A DNA stretch of 64,000 bases from Phycisphaeraceae bacterium (GTDB lineage: Bacteria > Planctomycetota > Phycisphaerae > Phycisphaerales > Phycisphaeraceae), in assembly GCA_963674705.1 (NCBI GenBank), contig OY771506.1:4192001-4256000 (forward strand). Direction: 5' to 3'. Position 1 is the first letter of the stretch. Each line of letters starts with the position of its first letter. This document shows, piece by piece, positions 1-8,912 of the stretch. The position numbers and the translations under genes were made by a program. The notes under the pieces are model-generated. The model was not told where the DNA came from and searched no databases. It saw only the letters and a list, made by a program, of their open reading frames with translations.

Positions 1-125
1 AACCGATCGACGCTTCGAGTAGCTACAGGTTCCAGGAGAGCACCGGCATTCTGTCCGTTGTTCCGGAACCCGCCAGCCTGGCGCTGATGGCACTGGGTGG
101 CGCCGTCATGCTTCGACGCCGTTAG
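1..125 (+). CDS. 3' end of a PEP-CTERM protein (partial, truncated by the window edge)
   Basis: Frame from nt 3 reads PIDASSSYRFQESTGILSVVPEPASLALMALGGAVMLRRR* (TAG 123-125): VPEP, hydrophobic helix, RRR. Confidence 0.9.
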   Translation, partial: PIDASSSYRFQESTGILSVVPEPASLALMALGGAVMLRRR

Positions 126-145
126 TACCTGATTTATACGATTCA

Positions 146-180
146 GCACGAGTTCTTGAATAGAGAACTCGTGCCTTTTG
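146..180 (+). terminator. Probable intrinsic terminator
   Basis: 11-bp perfect stem GCACGAGTTCT/AGAACTCGTGC followed by CTTTT, 20 nt after the stop codon. Confidence 0.65.
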
Positions 181-333
181 GCATCGTTTGTACACCGTCA
201 CACATGCAATCTGTTTAAACACCGAGATCGAGTATTTATCCGCTTGGAAGGATAAATTGAAGTGACTTGGCGAGTCGCATGGCTATTCAAGACTCGCGAA
301 CAGGGATAGGCATAACACAGGAGGATAATAAGG

Positions 334-3300
334 ATGACGTCTTTCAAGCAGTTGGGTAAGACCGGATTGACTAGCCTGACAGGGGCGCAACTGGTGATTC
401 TGGGTCTGATCGCGACATCGGCACAGGGTGCCACGGTTACATTGACGGGCTTGGATGGAATCGGCACCTCTTCATTTAACTCAGCAGGGCTCTGGGATAA
501 TGCGGCGGCCCCTTCGGCGGGCAATGACTACTTCGTGGTTGATGGCACACGGCTGCGTACGCCGGGTGATGCCAACAGTTACACCTTCGCGGGTGACTCA
601 CTCACGATCAACAACACCACGCCTTATTCCGAAGGTTTGATGTTCAAAGGCACCGGCACCTCGGGGATCATCACCATCCCCAATCTGATCCTGGATGGTG
701 GTTTGATTTCGCATGCGCAGGGTACAGGCGACCTGTTTCAACTGGATGGGGTCGTCACGGTCAGCAGTGATTCACGCCTTTATGCTAAGCAAGGCAACAT
801 CGACATATTGGCGGATATCAGCGGCACCGGCGGGCTGGAAGTGCTGGCAACCGATGACAACACCAACTCCGGTGCAAGAATCCTGACCCTATACGGCGAC
901 AACTCCGGCTACACCGGTGATATCGATGTAAGCGGCAAACTGCATCTGGGTGATACGGGCGCGCTGGCATTTAATATCGGCGCAAGCGGGGTCAATAACT
1001 CGATCAGCGGTACCGGCTGGCTTGAGGTCAATGGCATCTTCGAATTCGACCTGACCGGTGCGAGTTCAAATCCGGGCGATACATGGACTATCACCAATGT
1101 TGCCAACCAGATCTACAACGAGACATTCAGCGTGACCGGCTTCACGCAGTCCGGCTCCGTCTGGACGGATGGGACCTACACGTTCAACCCGTTGTCCGGC
1201 GAACTGACAGTCGCTGCGCCTCCGCTTGAATGGAACGTGGATGCCGACGGCAACTGGAGCACGGGCGCCAACTGGACCACCGGCACCGCTCCCTCGGCAG
1301 GCGGCGATGCGCTATTGGGCGCTGTGATCACGGCAAACCGCACGATCACACTCGACACAAACGTCTCGCTAAACAGCCTCGCTCTCAGCAATGCCGGCGA
1401 CGGTGATTACTTCATCGTTCCCGCTACAAATCAAAGCCTGACACTCACCGGCGAAGCCAGGCTCGACGTCGCCGGCCGCCACTGGATGCGAACGGAAGTC
1501 GCCAGCACGATCGGCGTGTACGTGGAAGGGACCGGCGAGTTGGTACTTGATGCGGACAACTCCTTTACCGGCGGGCTCTCGGTCGACGGGGCAACCGTAT
1601 CTATCGTTCATGATGATGCCTTGCCTGCCACAAACGACATTGCTGTCACCAATGGCGGCGTCGTACAGTTCTTCGGCGCCGACAACACTTTCTTCGCTGA
1701 CAACGGTTCAGCCGGTTACGGCACGGGAACGGTCGACGGCAACGTTTCGGTCGATGCCGATAGCTCGATCGGCGTAAATGACGGGGCGGATGTAACCTTC
1801 TCCGGCGTTATCTCCGGCGATGGTTCGGTCAGTGCGAATAATGGTATCGTGAGTTTCAACACCGCTCATACCTACGGCGGTACGACCACGCTCTCGGGCA
1901 CCTCGACGTTGACCGTCAGCGGTGCGGGCACGCTGGGTGCGGCAGACGGCACCGCGGCAACACGCACAATCAACAATGATTCGGCTCAACTCGTGCTGGA
2001 TAACGCTTCGCTTGGTGACGAGTTCATCGTTCTTGGAGAACGCAACGTCGATGCAACCGCGAGCATTTCCAGCGCCGGCAATAACACGATCGCCGGTAAC
2101 ATCTACGCGGATATCCCCGGCACGGGTAGCCACTACATCATTGAATCGACCAGCGGCACCCTGACGCTTAGCGGCACGATCTCGGCATGGGACGAGGCGG
2201 AACCGAATGATCGACTTTATGTCTTCGAAGGCGCCGGTGACATCAAAGTGACCGGTAAGATCACAGACCTGGCGGTGGATGAGAAAGGCGACCCGACGGT
2301 CGACCTGATCAGCAACGGCAACAACGTACATGTCGTGAAACGCGGCAGCGGCACTTTGACGATCGCAACTTCAACGACCAATGGCAACGACTTCTGGCGT
2401 GGCCCGACAGTCGTTGAAGAAGGCACATTGAAGGTTCAAGCCGGCGCTTCCAATGCCGGTGAACTATTCAGCTCAAGCATCCAGGTTCAGGCCGGTGCGG
2501 TCTTTGACACAAGTACGTTTACCACCTACAGCATGCAGGTAACACAAGACCCGGACGGGGTTGCATTCAACGGCGACGAGATCGGACAGACGATCGGCGG
2601 CGCCGGTACGATCAACGCCGGTAGTGGCACGATCTCCGCTTTTGAGGATGCCGTCTTTGCTCCCGGTGATGACGGGGTTGGCACGCTAAACATCACCGGC
2701 AACCTGAGCATCACACCGACGGTTGCAAACCCGAACGGTGGGATGAACTATGAACTGGGTGCTTCAGCGACTGGTACAAATGACCAGATCGCGGTCAGCG
2801 GCACGGTGACCCTGGGCGCCAGCGGCGGCGGCCAATACAACTTGAATGTGACCCCGGTCGGCGGAGCTCTTGACACTTCTGCTTATACGTTGATCAGCGG
2901 TGGCAGTGGCAGCGGCAGCGTGAGCGCGTCCGACTTCAATGTCGCGATCTTCAATTCGGAAGGCACGCAACTGGATACCCGACAGGATGATTCGGTCTCC
3001 ATCGGCTTCAGTGGTGGTGACCTGACCGTGCAGTTCTCTGCAACCGAAAGCATGAACTGGACCGGCGCGGTTAACAACACCTGGGATATCGGCACCACCG
3101 GGAACTGGTCCAGCAGTGACAACCTGTTCTATGATCTGGACAGCGTCAGCTTCAGCGGCACGAACACGATCAATGTTGCTGCAACCGTGACACCCGATGG
3201 CTTGAACATCAACTCTGGTTCGACCACTTTCACGGGTGCCGGCATCCAGGGTTCAGGTGATTTAAGTGTGGCAGCCGGTGCCAGTGTTGCGTTTAACAAC

Positions 3301-5334
3301 GATGAGGTAAATACAATCGGTAACGTGAATCTGGGAGCAGGTGCGAGTTTAGTTGAGAACCAGAGCACCGGTGAAACCCAGCTCAATGGCAACCTGACCG
3401 GTTCCGGTGCGTTGAATGTCACCGCCGGCCAGGTCGTGCTCAGTGGTGACAACACCGCGTTCACAGGCACGATGAATGTCAACGGCGGCACACTGAACCT
3501 GAACAACGCCAACGGACTTGGCGGCACGGTCAGCGTCAACAGCGGCGGTCGGCTGCTGTCGAACGCCGATACGTACACGAGTAATGGGGCGTTCACCCTC
3601 AACGGCGGCACATTCGCGGTCGGCGGTGGGGCGGTCGCTGCGGTCGAGATGGCCGGCCCCATCAACGTCACCGCGTCCGGCGGTTCGTTCCAGATCGACG
3701 GCGGTACGGGCGCGGATGGCTTGACGGTCAGCGGGAATATCACGGGCGCAGCCGGCGGCGCTTTGAATATCAACGTGGATGGCGATTCGACCATGACCGT
3801 CAGCGGCAACATCACCAACAACGGTGTATTGAACAAGACCGGCAGTGGTGTCCTGGCACTCGGCGCAACGACCACGGTTGCAAGCCCAACCATCAACGTT
3901 AACGGTGGTACGTTGGATGTATCCAGCCAGGCCGCGTTCAGCATGTCCAGCGGTCAAACGCTTGCTGGTACTGCAACGGTGTCAGGCAATGTTACCGCTT
4001 CGAGTGGTTCGACCCTCCGTGTCGGCGGTGTGGGCCTGCCCATCACGCCAAGCCAGTTCGTTATCGATGATTTTGAAAGCTACAACCTCGGCGGCGTGAT
4101 CGAAGAAGCAGCCCCCTGGGCTGACCACGCGGATTCGACTTATGCCGACATCGAAGATGATGGCACTGGTAATCAGGTGTTAGCTTACGGCCACGATGAC
4201 GCGTCCGATCCGGCATACGGCGCGGTCTCCCGTCCAATCCCTGCAGCAGGAACAGTCGATGACAGCAGTGTCGCGACGTTCTTCTTCCGCATGAATTCCA
4301 AGCAGGATGATCCGGATCATAGCTTCGGTATCAGTGACGGCACGGATACCGCTGCCGGTTTCTCATTCGGTAGTTTCGAAGCGCAGGTCGCGTTCGTTGA
4401 TGACGGCGATTCCGGCAACGGGACGTTCAACATGGTCGCCCGTAATGGAGGTAGCTCCTCAAGTGTGGCAACGGGTCTGACGCCCAATACCTGGTACAAC
4501 ATCTGGGTAGTCGTGGATCAGACAACAGACACCTACGACGTCTACCAGAGCACGGGAACGGCCGACGCAACCGTCGCCAATCTTGTTGCTGATGACTTCG
4601 CGTTCCGTAACGGCACGACAACTGCTCTGAATACCTTGCTTGGCGCTTGGGCGCCTTCACCAATCGATAACCAGGTCATGGTTGACGACATCACCTATCT
4701 GGCTGGCGAAGACCTGACCAACCCGCTAGGCGGGCTGAATCCGGGCGATGTGTTCCAGTCCGAATCGTTGACCATCAGTGGCGACCTGGTATTGAGCGCT
4801 GGTGCAACGTTGGAAATGGATATCGCAACCGTGGACGCATTGGACCTGTTGACCGTCACGGGCAATCTGACCGCGGGTGGCACGCTGGAAGTAACCCTTG
4901 CAGGCACAGCTCCGGCACTGGCTGAAGGCGATGCGTTCGACATCCTCAACTTCGCTTCGGCCACCGGTTCCTTCGCCACGCTTAACCTGCCGGCGCTCGA
5001 TGCAGGCCTGAGCTGGGACACCAGCAACCTGCTGGTCACCGGCATCATCGAAGTCATCGCAGGCGGTGTACTCGATGGCGACCTCAACGGCGACGGGTTC
5101 GTCGGCCTGGCTGACCTGGACATCATCCTGACGCGCTGGAACCAGAACGTCACCGCAGGCGACTGGCTGCAAGGCGATCCGTCGGGCGATGGCTTCGTAG
5201 GCCTCGACGACTTGGACTTCGTCCTGGTCAACTGGAACAACGGAACACCGCCGAGTTCCAACGCCGCGATCCCCGAACCCGCCAGCCTCGCGCTGCTGGG
5301 CCTGGGCGGCATGGCACTGATCCGACGTCGTTAA
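334..5334 (+). CDS. Large (1666 aa) surface protein: autotransporter-associated beta-strand repeats, a beta-sandwich-like domain, a dockerin-like domain and PEP-CTERM
   Basis: Signal peptide; G/T/N-rich repeats (KRGSGTLTI, NKTGSGVLAL, TYGGTTTLSG); DGDLNGDGFVGLADLD..GDPSGDGFVGLDDLD; IPEPASLALLGLGGMALIRRR; GGAGG upstream. Confidence 0.85.
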   Translation: MTSFKQLGKTGLTSLTGAQLVILGLIATSAQGATVTLTGLDGIGTSSFNSAGLWDNAAAPSAGNDYFVVDGTRLRTPGDANSYTFAGDSLTINNTTPYSEGLMFKGTGTSGIITIPNLILDGGLISHAQGTGDLFQLDGVVTVSSDSRLYAKQGNIDILADISGTGGLEVLATDDNTNSGARILTLYGDNSGYTGDIDVSGKLHLGDTGALAFNIGASGVNNSISGTGWLEVNGIFEFDLTGASSNPGDTWTITNVANQIYNETFSVTGFTQSGSVWTDGTYTFNPLSGELTVAAPPLEWNVDADGNWSTGANWTTGTAPSAGGDALLGAVITANRTITLDTNVSLNSLALSNAGDGDYFIVPATNQSLTLTGEARLDVAGRHWMRTEVASTIGVYVEGTGELVLDADNSFTGGLSVDGATVSIVHDDALPATNDIAVTNGGVVQFFGADNTFFADNGSAGYGTGTVDGNVSVDADSSIGVNDGADVTFSGVISGDGSVSANNGIVSFNTAHTYGGTTTLSGTSTLTVSGAGTLGAADGTAATRTINNDSAQLVLDNASLGDEFIVLGERNVDATASISSAGNNTIAGNIYADIPGTGSHYIIESTSGTLTLSGTISAWDEAEPNDRLYVFEGAGDIKVTGKITDLAVDEKGDPTVDLISNGNNVHVVKRGSGTLTIATSTTNGNDFWRGPTVVEEGTLKVQAGASNAGELFSSSIQVQAGAVFDTSTFTTYSMQVTQDPDGVAFNGDEIGQTIGGAGTINAGSGTISAFEDAVFAPGDDGVGTLNITGNLSITPTVANPNGGMNYELGASATGTNDQIAVSGTVTLGASGGGQYNLNVTPVGGALDTSAYTLISGGSGSGSVSASDFNVAIFNSEGTQLDTRQDDSVSIGFSGGDLTVQFSATESMNWTGAVNNTWDIGTTGNWSSSDNLFYDLDSVSFSGTNTINVAATVTPDGLNINSGSTTFTGAGIQGSGDLSVAAGASVAFNNDEVNTIGNVNLGAGASLVENQSTGETQLNGNLTGSGALNVTAGQVVLSGDNTAFTGTMNVNGGTLNLNNANGLGGTVSVNSGGRLLSNADTYTSNGAFTLNGGTFAVGGGAVAAVEMAGPINVTASGGSFQIDGGTGADGLTVSGNITGAAGGALNINVDGDSTMTVSGNITNNGVLNKTGSGVLALGATTTVASPTINVNGGTLDVSSQAAFSMSSGQTLAGTATVSGNVTASSGSTLRVGGVGLPITPSQFVIDDFESYNLGGVIEEAAPWADHADSTYADIEDDGTGNQVLAYGHDDASDPAYGAVSRPIPAAGTVDDSSVATFFFRMNSKQDDPDHSFGISDGTDTAAGFSFGSFEAQVAFVDDGDSGNGTFNMVARNGGSSSSVATGLTPNTWYNIWVVVDQTTDTYDVYQSTGTADATVANLVADDFAFRNGTTTALNTLLGAWAPSPIDNQVMVDDITYLAGEDLTNPLGGLNPGDVFQSESLTISGDLVLSAGATLEMDIATVDALDLLTVTGNLTAGGTLEVTLAGTAPALAEGDAFDILNFASATGSFATLNLPALDAGLSWDTSNLLVTGIIEVIAGGVLDGDLNGDGFVGLADLDIILTRWNQNVTAGDWLQGDPSGDGFVGLDDLDFVLVNWNNGTPPSSNAAIPEPASLALLGLGGMALIRRR

Positions 5335-5345
5335 CGATCACACTC

Positions 5346-5384
5346 AATACGGGCCTCTTAATTGAGACCCGTATTCTTGTTTTT
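5346..5384 (+). terminator. Probable intrinsic terminator
   Basis: AATACGGGCCTC-TTAATT-GAGACCCGTATT hairpin followed by CTTGTTTTT. Confidence 0.6.
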
Positions 5385-5574
5385 AATTGATGTCGGACTA
5401 ACCCGGCATAACCGCGGATATTGATATCAGCGATCGACATGATGTTTATATTTTCGATGATAGATCGATCGATGAGCAACAGACTATTTATTCAAACTCA
5501 ATCCACCGCATGCTTGCATAGGTATGTCAGTAGCCAGGTGGATCGGTTTTCCTATTGGCTATAGCAGGTGCCCC

Positions 5575-8500
5575 ATGACTACCCGTGCTGCTCTCGCTGC
5601 GTTCATGCTTTGTTTACCCGCCTTGCCGGTTTCGGCACAAGTCGATGTCGTTTACGGCGACATGTTTAACCTGACGAACACCACAACCTCGCCGAACGGC
5701 TCATGGAACTGGTGCACGGACGAACGCGTGATCATCGACGACACGGACCCCAATAACACGCTGATGATCCTCAGTACGGTTTCGGCGGGGTCGGGCGCTG
5801 AAAGCGGTGACATCGACATCCTTTGGCGCAACCTGGATACGGGCGTACAAGGTGAATTCGAGTTGCACAACCAGCTCGAGCAGGACGACCACAACATGGC
5901 GGCGCTGTACCAGCGACCCGATGGGCGCTACGTTGCGATCTACTCCAAGCATACCTCCGATCTCTACACACGCTACCGCGTTTCGACGAATCCACATGAC
6001 CCCACCGCCTGGGAGCCGGAACAGATCGTCACCAATGGCAACAACGCCACCTACAACAACATTTATTATCTGGATGAAGACAACGGCGGCAGTGGTCGGC
6101 TCTACAACTTCACCCGCGCGGACAACTGGGACCCGACGGTCCACGTGTCATACGATCAGGGCTCAACCTGGACACACGCAGGTAAACTGCTGACCCAAGG
6201 CGGTACTAGCGATCGGCCTTACCTTGAATATGCATCCCATGGCGACAAGATCCACTTCATCGCTACCGAGGAGCATCCGCGTCAGGTACAAAACAGCATT
6301 TATGCAGGCTACGTCAAAGATGGCGTGCTTTATAACTACAACGACGAGGTGATGGATGACAATATCTTTGATGCAAATGGCATCTCCCCGACTCAACTGA
6401 CAACGGTCTTCAAAAACGGTGAACAATTCAACGGCACGACGATGAACCGTGCGTGGACCATCAGCCTGGAGCTGGACAATACACACAACCCCGTCGGCAT
6501 CATCAGTGTTCGTGCTAACGATAATCCATACGACCACCGTTACCTGTACGCCCGTTTCGACGGCGTCGACTGGCAGGTCAATGAAATGGCAGCCGGCGGC
6601 AGCTACATGTATGACTATGAAAACGACTACATGGGGCTGATGTCGATCGATCCGCAGAATCCGAACGTCGTGTACATGGCCAACGATATCGATCCTCGCA
6701 ACGGCACGACCACTGCACATCACGAACTCTACAAAGGTGTGACCTCTGACTTCGGCCAGACCTGGACCTGGACCGCGATTACCGAAAACTCGACCGTCGA
6801 CAACCTCCGTCCCGCGATCCCGGAATGGGACGGACACAATACAGCAATCGCCTGGCTGCGCGGCACCTATGGGACGTGGTCTGATTGGAATGATCTTGAA
6901 GTTTACGGTATGACCTTGGATGCGACGGACGCCAAGGCGCTAATCTGGCGTGGAGACGCAACGAGCCCGAACGCATGGGATATTAATAACAACATGAATT
7001 GGGACAGCGGTGGGGGGCTGACGGATCCATATCTGGACGGCGCCGAAGTCGCTTTTGACGATACCGCCAGTTCGTTCAACGTCAATATCGCAACAACGGT
7101 GACACCCTCCAATACTGCCTTTAACAATGAAAGCAATGCGTACACCGTAACCGGTGCCGGCATCAGCGGCAGCGGTATGCTGCGCGTGCTGGGCGGTGGA
7201 GAGGTAACACTCGCCAACGGCGCAAACACCTACACCGGCAAAACCATGATCGCCAGGGGCACCCTTGCCATGTCCGGCAATGCCAGTTTGGATAACACAC
7301 CACACATCGACGTGACCAGGAACGGTACGTTTGATGTGTCAGCCTCCACTGGCGGTTCGTACGCCTTGAACAACCAGGTTCTGACGATCGACGGCGATGT
7401 CATCGGCAACATCGTGGCGACGAATAACTCGACCGTACACGTCAATTCCAGCAACTCCATGAACGGCAATCTGACAGCCCAATCCGGAAGCCTCATTGAT
7501 GGTGCGGGGAAAGTATCTGGTAACCTCACCTCTCAAGCCTCAACGGTCCGCGTTGGCGGTGACGGCCTGGATGTACAGATCAGCCAGTTCATCATCGATG
7601 ATTTTGAAGGCTACAGCCTCGGCGATGTGAACACGGTCGCCAGCCCCACGTGGATCGGTCATGCCGGTAGTGATGTCGCGGATATCGAAGATGATGGCAC
7701 GGGCAACAAGGTCCTGACGTTTGGCGGATTGGAAAACTATGGCGCTGCCTCTATGCTGCTTCCCGTCGGCGCTCAGATCGATAACACCGAAACGTCCACC
7801 TTCTTCTTCCGCTTCAATTCAAAAACCGATGACCCGGACAGCAGCTTCGGCCTGAGCGATCAATCCAATACGGGTAACAGTTTCGTCTTCAGTGATTATG
7901 AAGCACAAGTGCGTATCGTGGATGATGCCGGTGCCAGTGGGACATACATGCTCGATGCGCGTGACGGCGGGGGATTCACATCTGCTTTAACCACGGGTCT
8001 GGCAACTGACACCTGGTACAACCTGTGGATGGTCGTGGACCAAACCACAGACACATATGACATCTATCTGAATACCGGCTCTTCGGATGCAACCTCGGGT
8101 GATAAGCTGAATAGCTCCCCGCTGAGTTTCCGTAACGGAACGACAGACACATTGATTTCGATTCTGGGCGCGTGGGGCCCGGCGCCAATTACCAATGGCG
8201 TTCGTTATGACGACATGACATTCCTGCAAGGTGCAGACCTGACGAATCCACTCGGTGGTTTGGACCCTGTCTTGCTCGGGACCGGCCTGACTTTGACCGT
8301 GCAAGGGGATTACACCATGGATGGCTCCGCGGTGTTGGAACTCGATGCGGTCGGCCCGGGTGTCGCGGATGTATTAACCGTCGGCGGCAACCTGCACGCG
8401 GCCGGCACGCTGGTTGTGACACTTGTCGACGAAGCCCCGGTCCCGCAACTCGGCGACCAGATCGACATCCTTGATTTTACGACCGCAACCGGGTCTTTCG

Positions 8501-8856
8501 ATTCGGTAGACCTGCCGACGCTCGCTGATGGATTGGCATGGAACACTTCGGCACTACTCACAACCGGCATTGTGGAAGTGATGCTAGAAGGTGATCTTAA
8601 CGGCGATGGTTTTGTCGGGCTGGATGATCTGGACATCGTGCTGTGCAATTGGAATACGAATATAACGACCGGCGACTGGTCGCAGGGCGATCCATCGGGC
8701 GATGGCTATGTGGGCCTGGACGACCTTGATATTGTCCTCGGCAATTGGAATGCAGGTACGCCGCCGCAAGCACTCGCTGATATACCAGAACCCGGGACTT
8801 GCTTATTAGTCGGTGGCCTAGGCGGCATGATTCTGTTACGCCCTCACGCTGACTGA
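5575..8856 (+). CDS. BNR-4-type beta-propeller protein (candidate polysaccharide lyase/hydrolase) with beta-strand repeats, dockerin-like domain and PEP-CTERM
   Basis: Signal peptide MTTRAALAAFMLCLPALPVSA (start 5575 preferred to 5524); DDHN..DGR..H motif; Asp-boxes SYDQGSTW and TSDFGQTW; IPEP tail. Confidence 0.75.
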   Translation: MTTRAALAAFMLCLPALPVSAQVDVVYGDMFNLTNTTTSPNGSWNWCTDERVIIDDTDPNNTLMILSTVSAGSGAESGDIDILWRNLDTGVQGEFELHNQLEQDDHNMAALYQRPDGRYVAIYSKHTSDLYTRYRVSTNPHDPTAWEPEQIVTNGNNATYNNIYYLDEDNGGSGRLYNFTRADNWDPTVHVSYDQGSTWTHAGKLLTQGGTSDRPYLEYASHGDKIHFIATEEHPRQVQNSIYAGYVKDGVLYNYNDEVMDDNIFDANGISPTQLTTVFKNGEQFNGTTMNRAWTISLELDNTHNPVGIISVRANDNPYDHRYLYARFDGVDWQVNEMAAGGSYMYDYENDYMGLMSIDPQNPNVVYMANDIDPRNGTTTAHHELYKGVTSDFGQTWTWTAITENSTVDNLRPAIPEWDGHNTAIAWLRGTYGTWSDWNDLEVYGMTLDATDAKALIWRGDATSPNAWDINNNMNWDSGGGLTDPYLDGAEVAFDDTASSFNVNIATTVTPSNTAFNNESNAYTVTGAGISGSGMLRVLGGGEVTLANGANTYTGKTMIARGTLAMSGNASLDNTPHIDVTRNGTFDVSASTGGSYALNNQVLTIDGDVIGNIVATNNSTVHVNSSNSMNGNLTAQSGSLIDGAGKVSGNLTSQASTVRVGGDGLDVQISQFIIDDFEGYSLGDVNTVASPTWIGHAGSDVADIEDDGTGNKVLTFGGLENYGAASMLLPVGAQIDNTETSTFFFRFNSKTDDPDSSFGLSDQSNTGNSFVFSDYEAQVRIVDDAGASGTYMLDARDGGGFTSALTTGLATDTWYNLWMVVDQTTDTYDIYLNTGSSDATSGDKLNSSPLSFRNGTTDTLISILGAWGPAPITNGVRYDDMTFLQGADLTNPLGGLDPVLLGTGLTLTVQGDYTMDGSAVLELDAVGPGVADVLTVGGNLHAAGTLVVTLVDEAPVPQLGDQIDILDFTTATGSFDSVDLPTLADGLAWNTSALLTTGIVEVMLEGDLNGDGFVGLDDLDIVLCNWNTNITTGDWSQGDPSGDGYVGLDDLDIVLGNWNAGTPPQALADIPEPGTCLLVGGLGGMILLRPHAD

Positions 8857-8912
8857 ATCAGGCGTCACTTGGCTAAGCTTCATGATTGAGCATACAAATG
8901 AACGGTTCGTAC

